Source: Candidatus Omnitrophota bacterium
GTDB lineage: Bacteria > Omnitrophota > Gorgyraeia > B26-G9
NCBI GenBank assembly: GCA_018895275.1
Contig: JAHIOQ010000051.1
Coordinates: 46,409 to 110,408 of the forward strand
Direction: 5' to 3'
Length of the DNA: 64,000 bases
The notes under the pieces are model-generated. The model was not told the DNA's origin. It did no database searches and saw only the letters and a list, made by a program, of their open reading frames with translations. How positions within the stretch are numbered: position 1 is the stretch's first letter; each line of letters opens with the position of its first letter. Made by a program: the position numbers and the translations under genes. Below, one piece after another: positions 58,732 through 64,000 of this stretch.

Positions 58732-60333
58732 TTATATCTGGCCTTCCAATTGTTCCCGGATTATTCTTTCCGTTAATTTTTTATCCTGCAGATAAGAACT
58801 TATCGCCGCTATTATAATAAATACCAGTAAAACAAGCGTGGCCAAAATCATCGCCCGGCGCTGTTTTCGCCTTAGCGACACCGCCTCTTCACGCGTAATC
58901 ATTTTTACGGTAGAACCGATAACCGGAACATCGAGAAACCTATGCGCGTCTTCAATATTTCTAAACGAATGGTCACTGAATTCCACTAAAAAGACACATC
59001 CCAATCCGGACAATATCCCCAGAATCAAGGAAACCAGGGCAATAATAAGTTTTTGCGGCTTGGAAGGCTTTAAAGGCAGCCTGCCTTCTTCGATTATTTC
59101 ATAACGCATTCCCTTTTGCTGCACCTCTACCGCATCCAACCGGTTTTCTTCCACCTTAAGCCGCAGCATTTCATAGATATTGCTCGTTACCTTGCTGTCA
59201 CGGCTTAATCGCGCGTAGTCGCGGTCCTGTTCCGGCAGGCGTTCAATCCGCGATTCATAATCATCAACAAGTTTTTTAAGCTGTATGCGCTGTTTTTTGA
59301 GCGCCTCGTTTTTATTCTTAATATCTTTATATTTCTGTTCAATACTACGAAAAAAAAGCGGGTCGGTCTGGAGCGTCTGACTGCCGATAACCTTTTCCGA
59401 CTCCTCTATTATCCTGCGCCGGGTTTCATCAATCCTTAATTCCAGATCAGGTATTTTGGTCGAGCCCGGGTCACTCTGAAGCAGGCTGTAAACCTGCAAT
59501 TGAGTCCCCCTCAAGTCATTGTTCAAAGAATCAATAATCGGGTTTGCCCGCAGCAGCTCATCATTATTGAGAATCACCGGATCCCTTCCCTTCAGCTGGT
59601 CTTCTGTCTTTTTCAGCTCTTCCTCATTCCTTTGCAGCTCCAGCTCTGTGCCCGTCAATGACGTCTGATAATTAATCAGCAAAGACACATTGATATCCAA
59701 CTCCTTACCCGGCATCTGAAAAGGATTTTTTTTTCTATATTCATATAGCGCGTTCTCTGTTTCTTCCAGCTTTTTCTGATAAATCTCCGCCTGGGTTTCC
59801 GCGAATTTAACCCCGGTCAGCGCCAGTTCTTCTTTTTTTTGGATATTGTAGCTTATAAAGCTTTTTACCAGGGTATTCACTAAACGCTGGGCCATCCTCG
59901 GGTCTTTGTCTTCGTATATCACCTCAAATACCTCAGCCGACCGCAAACGCACGTCCGTATGTTTGATAATCCTTCTTACCAGCTTATCCAATTCCAAGGG
60001 ATTTGCCGCCTTTTTGCCCAACCCAACCGCTTCCAGCACCATAACCAGCTGCGGATAATTAAGGATCTTTTGCGTAAGAGTTTTCAATTGCTCTACGAGG
60101 TTATCCGAGGCCATAGCGATATAGGTGGGTTTCATTGACAATGGATTAATAGCCTTTTCCTCCTGTAACAGTATCAGAACAGATGAGGAATAATATTTCG
60201 GCATCAGAAAACTGCCGATTGAGGCGGTAAAAAAGACAATAAGGAAGGGAATGAGAAAATACTTTTTACGATGAAAGAGAATAAATAAATAATCTCTTAT
60301 GGAAACCTGTGATTGGGAGGTAGATTCCTTCAC
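58732..60333 (-). CDS. Polysaccharide co-polymerase (Wzz/GumC, Wzc N-terminal type)
   Basis: Two TM helices around a coiled-coil periplasmic domain; P.KPSKP, DHSFRNIED. Confidence 0.9.
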   Translation of the reverse strand: MKESTSQSQVSIRDYLFILFHRKKYFLIPFLIVFFTASIGSFLMPKYYSSSVLILLQEEKAINPLSMKPTYIAMASDNLVEQLKTLTQKILNYPQLVMVLEAVGLGKKAANPLELDKLVRRIIKHTDVRLRSAEVFEVIYEDKDPRMAQRLVNTLVKSFISYNIQKKEELALTGVKFAETQAEIYQKKLEETENALYEYRKKNPFQMPGKELDINVSLLINYQTSLTGTELELQRNEEELKKTEDQLKGRDPVILNNDELLRANPIIDSLNNDLRGTQLQVYSLLQSDPGSTKIPDLELRIDETRRRIIEESEKVIGSQTLQTDPLFFRSIEQKYKDIKNKNEALKKQRIQLKKLVDDYESRIERLPEQDRDYARLSRDSKVTSNIYEMLRLKVEENRLDAVEVQQKGMRYEIIEEGRLPLKPSKPQKLIIALVSLILGILSGLGCVFLVEFSDHSFRNIEDAHRFLDVPVIGSTVKMITREEAVSLRRKQRRAMILATLVLLVFIIIAAISSYLQDKKLTERIIREQLEGQI

Positions 60334-60344
60334 TGATAATCTTT

Positions 60345-61844
60345 TTACTCCTGTTCGATAGCAACATTAATTTTTTGCCGCAGTATTAGGCTTCTTTTGG
60401 TTAATTCTTCGATTCGCTTTGCTTCCGCTTTGATCACAGCACTCTCTTTATCGATTTCGATAATATGCGGCGTAATAAATACAACCAGTTCCTGTTTGAC
60501 TTTTTCTTTAACGTCATTACGGAAGAACAGCCCGAGAAGCGGAATATCGCCGAGCAGCGGCACCTTGTTAACCGTTGTCTTATTTGAATCTTTTATCAAG
60601 CCGCCCAATATAACCGTATCGGAGTCTTTCACCATCAAAGTCGTGTCCGCCTGGGTCGTATCCACGGCCAAGGCATTATCTACCTCAGGGACACGGCGAG
60701 CTGAGCTGACCTCCGGATGAATCTTCATAATCACAAAGCCGCTTTCGGTAATTGTCGGCGTAACTATCAGTTTAATACCCACATCCAAAAACTTTGTTTC
60801 CGTTGTAATCAATCCGGTATCAACGTCCTTTTGCTGTACGGGATACGGTTCACTGCTGCCGACAAGGATACTCGCTTCTTTTCCGTCCATAACCACGATC
60901 CGCGGCGCGGAAAGCACATCGGTATCAGAGGAGGACTCCAGCATTTCCAGCACGGATTGATAATTCCGGCGGGAAAGCATGCCCACCTGAAAAATTCCGC
61001 CTGTGGTCAAATCCTGCGCAAAACTCCCTTTCAGGTCATACTTGCCTTTTAAGTACTCCCAGTCTATGCCTCTTTTTATATTCTTATCCAAAGTGACCTG
61101 CAGTATCTTTGCTTCGATAAGAACCTGTTTACTCTGGACGTCCCAGCCGCGGATAAGCTCATCGACATTCTCCAGAATAATCGGCGTTGCCCTTATAACC
61201 ACGCTATTCGTGCGTTCATCCGTAAATATCTCTCCCTTTTCCGCAGGAATAACCTGTTGGAGTTTAGTTTTTATATCCGCGGCCTGGGCAAAGATTAAGC
61301 GGTATTTTTTAAGAATCACCTCCAGATCAAGACACTGCACGGCAACCTCAATCTCGGAAATTTTTTCCAGGGTATCGGTTACGATTATCTGGTTGGCCTT
61401 CTCGTTTATTTCCACCCTGCCGCGGGGCGACTTAATCGACAATAAAGCCCGGCGCAAGTCGGACACACTCGCATGCTTTAGACTGTAAACCCTGGTTGTC
61501 GTTTTTGCAAAACGTTCTTCCTGCTGAATATTTTCATAGGAATACACATTAATAATATCCCCGGAACGCTCGTAAAAATAATTATTGGCCTTTAGCACAG
61601 CTTTAAGTGCCGCATCCAGGGAAACGTCCCTCAATACCAGGCTTACGGTTCCGGAGATTCCGTCACTGACCACAAGGTTGATATTGGTTTGTTCGGCAAT
61701 TGATTTTAAGACAGAAACAATATCCGCGTGTTCCGCCTCGATGGAGATAAGCTTTTCCGCGGAGAATACATTTGTGAAAGAGTACGCATAGAGGAAAAAA
61801 ACCGATAGTAAAACGGCACAAAATCCCTTTTTCACTTTCAACAT
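60345..61844 (-). CDS. Secretin (GspD/PilQ-like with STN and N-domains)
   Basis: TDERTNSVVI, QVLIEAKILQV, VGIKLIVTP, TVILGGLI, KVPLLGDIPLLGLFF, ELVVFITPHII. Confidence 0.93.
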   Translation of the reverse strand: MLKVKKGFCAVLLSVFFLYAYSFTNVFSAEKLISIEAEHADIVSVLKSIAEQTNINLVVSDGISGTVSLVLRDVSLDAALKAVLKANNYFYERSGDIINVYSYENIQQEERFAKTTTRVYSLKHASVSDLRRALLSIKSPRGRVEINEKANQIIVTDTLEKISEIEVAVQCLDLEVILKKYRLIFAQAADIKTKLQQVIPAEKGEIFTDERTNSVVIRATPIILENVDELIRGWDVQSKQVLIEAKILQVTLDKNIKRGIDWEYLKGKYDLKGSFAQDLTTGGIFQVGMLSRRNYQSVLEMLESSSDTDVLSAPRIVVMDGKEASILVGSSEPYPVQQKDVDTGLITTETKFLDVGIKLIVTPTITESGFVIMKIHPEVSSARRVPEVDNALAVDTTQADTTLMVKDSDTVILGGLIKDSNKTTVNKVPLLGDIPLLGLFFRNDVKEKVKQELVVFITPHIIEIDKESAVIKAEAKRIEELTKRSLILRQKINVAIEQE

Positions 61845-61879
61845 CCCTCTCCTTGGGTTAAAATAATGCTACGGATTTT

Positions 61880-61907
61880 ATTATACAAAAAATTTATCAT
61901 AAGTCAA
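61880..61907 (-). promoter_or_regulatory. Candidate sigma70 promoter of the secretin-polysaccharide operon
   Basis: TTGACT-16-TATAAT. Confidence 0.5.
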
Positions 61908-61973
61908 TCTTTTTATTCCCGAGCTATTTCCGCTGTAAAAAATTTTAGCAATAATTGTTAATTGTTTTCCTTA

Positions 61974-62186
61974 TTACTTAACAACACTTCCCACAGCAAC
62001 ATCCTTATCCGGTGAAATTATCACAATTTTATCAACATCGGAAGCCGCCAAAAGCATCCCCTGGCTCTCCACTCCGCGCAGCACCGCCGGTTCAAGATTG
62101 TTGATAATCACAACCTGTTTATTAATAAGCTCTTCTTTAGTATAAAACAATTTTATCCCGGCAACAATCTGTTTAACCTGAATAGG
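61974..62186 (-). pseudogene. 5'-truncated tRNA-binding OB-fold gene (MetG C-terminal/Trbp111/CsaA family)
   Basis: QVKQIVAGIKLFY...NLEPAVLRGVESQGMLLAAS...GSVVK-stop; in-frame TAA at 62187-62189 and no N-terminal part. Confidence 0.85.
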
Positions 62187-62265
62187 TTATGCGTTCAACT
62201 TAATTTTTCTAAAACATAGATTATATTAAAGCATCAGAAAGACTGTAATCTTAAAAAGCTTACGC

Positions 62266-62334
62266 CGTAGTCAGCATTTCGTGGGTACAGCGAAAGTGTA
62301 TCCATTTATCACGAAATAGGCAAAGCTGATTACG
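62266..62334. other. Extended imperfect stem-loop
   Basis: CGTAGTCAGC/GCTGATTACG, ATTTCGTG/CACGAAAT and GGGTACA/TGTATCC stems around GCGAAAG. Confidence 0.55.
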
Positions 62335-62339
62335 CGTCT

Positions 62340-62978
62340 TCATCGGTTAACCTTTGTTTTTTTCATCACGCATCCGGCCAAAAGTCCCATGCCCCACAAC
62401 AGCAGGCTTGAAGGCTCAGGGATAACGGCAATAGTCGTGCCGAACGTATCTCCCAATATTTCCGTGAAATTATCCGCTCCGACAAGCGTCGTATCTTTTA
62501 TCGGCGTACCTTCGGTATCAAACCAGATCAAGGTACCGGTTGTTGTATTTAAGGCCTCAAACGTAATCGTCGCAAATGTCCCGCTGCTGTTCAGGGGCGG
62601 ATCAAGTAAACCGACGGCCGCCTGATAATTGATTTCTCCCAGGGTGTTATCAACAGCATTCTCAAAATATTCTCCAAAAGAAAAGTTGGAATGATACGCG
62701 GCATCCGAAATATTCGTATCCGGACCGGTGATTCCGCTTCCGTCCTCGCCCGGGTCTATCACCTTTAAATACGACGGAATGAACTTGATCCAGTTTAAAA
62801 GATTTGTGAACCCCTCCTCCTGCGGATTTTCCAGGACCACATCAACCGTAAACTGCTCTCCCACATCCACATTTTGTTTCGACGGAACAAGCCGTAAATC
62901 AGGCGCGGCATTACTATCCCGCGAAAAACCGATGAGACATACTGCCATTACTATTAAGATAATACCCACGTTCTTCAT
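62340..62978 (-). CDS. Cohesin-domain protein with PEP-CTERM anchor
   Basis: Signal peptide; VDVGEQFTVDV...IKF.P..LKV...VDN..G.I...GTFATITFEA cohesin pattern; VIPEPSSLLLWGMG-TM-KKTK. Confidence 0.8.
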   Translation of the reverse strand: MKNVGIILIVMAVCLIGFSRDSNAAPDLRLVPSKQNVDVGEQFTVDVVLENPQEEGFTNLLNWIKFIPSYLKVIDPGEDGSGITGPDTNISDAAYHSNFSFGEYFENAVDNTLGEINYQAAVGLLDPPLNSSGTFATITFEALNTTTGTLIWFDTEGTPIKDTTLVGADNFTEILGDTFGTTIAVIPEPSSLLLWGMGLLAGCVMKKTKVNR

Positions 62979-63048
62979 AATTATCCTCCCTCTCGTAAAT
63001 ATGGTATTGTCAAAACTTAACCACAGAAGCACGGAAATATGGAAAAGG

Positions 63049-63267
63049 TCAATTCACTACTCTTTTTATTTTTAACACCCCTTTAGCACAAGTTAATAGG
63101 ACGCAGATTTTCGCAGATAAATCAGGATTAAAAAATTCTATCATCATTGCATTCTCATAAACCCTCTCCAAAAAACCATATCCAAGTTTGTTATAAACTA
63201 TATAGAAAATTTTGATGATTTTCTCAGTTAGCTCTTTATTCTTAAAATCTTGATAATCTGCGCTCAT
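63049..63267 (-). pseudogene. Truncated GxxExxY gene
   Basis: KELTEKIIKIFYIVYNKLGYGFLERVYENAMMIEF then runs directly into the downstream arm; PD..ExK half missing. Confidence 0.85.
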
Positions 63268-63294
63268 CTGCGTCCAAAAAGGAAATTCCTATAC
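63088..63294. mobile_element. GxxExxY inverted-repeat element (CGCAGAT-type arms), internally deleted
   Basis: Arms nearly identical to 627-776; ATG lies inside the upstream arm. Confidence 0.75.
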
Positions 63295-63301
63295 AATTTA
63301 A

Positions 63302-64000
63302 TTAAATTGCTCCTGCTTTTCCGTAATTGGCACGTAATATCCCATAATCCTGCCAGGCGACAAATCCATCTGCATTAAAATCAGCCCGGCTGTCCCATCT
63401 GGCGTCGCCTTTTTTAGTTCCATAGCTATTACGCAAGATTCCATAATCCTGCCAGGCTACATAGTTATCATTGTTGGCGTCTCCGCCGAGCAAAGAAAAC
63501 CCCACATCTGCGGTAAGCCCGCTGTGCGCGATAGAAAGATTAGAGATTCTTGCCCTTAAACAGTTGGAGGTTTTCGCCGTCAGGTCATATGTGCCGGACG
63601 GAACTCCCTCGAGAATATAGCTGCCGTCCAGCGAAGCCTGTGCCTGAAATGTTTTTATTGCCGTTGTTTGTCCCAGATAATGCAATTCAAAAGTTACTGT
63701 TTCCGAATGGTCATTGCGTGCCTGCAGCCTCACTTTTCCGGAAACCTTTCCTCCGGAATTCGTTTCTAACACGCTCACCGCCGGAGACGCGCCATGGATA
63801 TTTACCCGATAATAACGGATCGGTATCTGGTCCGGATGCGTAGCGGTAAGCGATCCGTCATCAACCCACGCCGTACGTCCGACATCCGATGCAGGTATAT
63901 TCTGCAGCGCGGAACTCCAGCTTGCACCGTTATCACTATAAAAAACATCGTAGGAAATCCCCGGATAACTTTCCCAGCTGATTTGCATATTGCCGCTCGC
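63302..64000 (-). CDS. Dockerin-domain protein, C-terminal part (frame open to the window edge)
   Basis: Carboxypeptidase-regulatory-like domain (DGSYILEGVPSGTYDLTA) then duplicated GDANNDNYVAWQDYGILRNSYG / ADFNADGFVAWQDYGILRANYG. Confidence 0.85.
   Translation of the reverse strand, partial: ASGNMQISWESYPGISYDVFYSDNGASWSSALQNIPASDVGRTAWVDDGSLTATHPDQIPIRYYRVNIHGASPAVSVLETNSGGKVSGKVRLQARNDHSETVTFELHYLGQTTAIKTFQAQASLDGSYILEGVPSGTYDLTAKTSNCLRARISNLSIAHSGLTADVGFSLLGGDANNDNYVAWQDYGILRNSYGTKKGDARWDSRADFNADGFVAWQDYGILRANYGKAGAI

Noticed and set aside
62281-62330. CGAAAG and GGCAAAG suggestive of a c-di-GMP-I riboswitch
   Set aside because: Motif order does not fit GGCAAAC..GAAA..GGACGCAAAG, and there is no downstream plus-strand gene

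Overview
Bacterial chromosomal window, almost entirely minus-strand. The gene content (PEP-CTERM/exosortase, several PilZ and pseudopilin genes, many B12 radical SAM enzymes) suggests a diderm such as Omnitrophota/PVC; this taxonomy is inference only. Layout: (1) 1-11.2 kb housekeeping: secD(partial)-yajC, tgt-queA-queH, ruvBAC-yebC, a pseudopilin, an EF-G paralog and an NSS transporter; (2) 11.6-23.6 kb: five radical SAM enzymes with GT-C/TPR, GT2, deacetylase and FAD oxidoreductase genes; (3) 24-36.5 kb: rpoN, pyk, PilZ genes, an ABC/transglutaminase module, mazEF, a GxxExxY nuclease and a long GspK/PilX-like protein; (4) 36.6-64 kb: a PEP-CTERM/exosortase-linked Wzx/Wzy polysaccharide locus headed by a secretin, with a cohesin-PEP-CTERM gene and a dockerin gene upstream. 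Most notable observations: (a) a 113-bp TIR element inserted in frame at a prepilin cleavage site, rebuilding G|FTLIE so its peptide would fall in the cleaved leader; (b) a family of intergenic inverted-repeat elements with three-unit periodic arms tied to GxxExxY genes, present as intact, deleted, empty, fused and nested copies; (c) an exosortase-anchored cohesin next to a dockerin protein; (d) a secretin where an OPX/Wza exporter is normally found; (e) several genes hollowed out by internal deletions. I recognised no rRNA, tRNA, CRISPR array or transposase. All family assignments are by eye from motifs; no searches were run.
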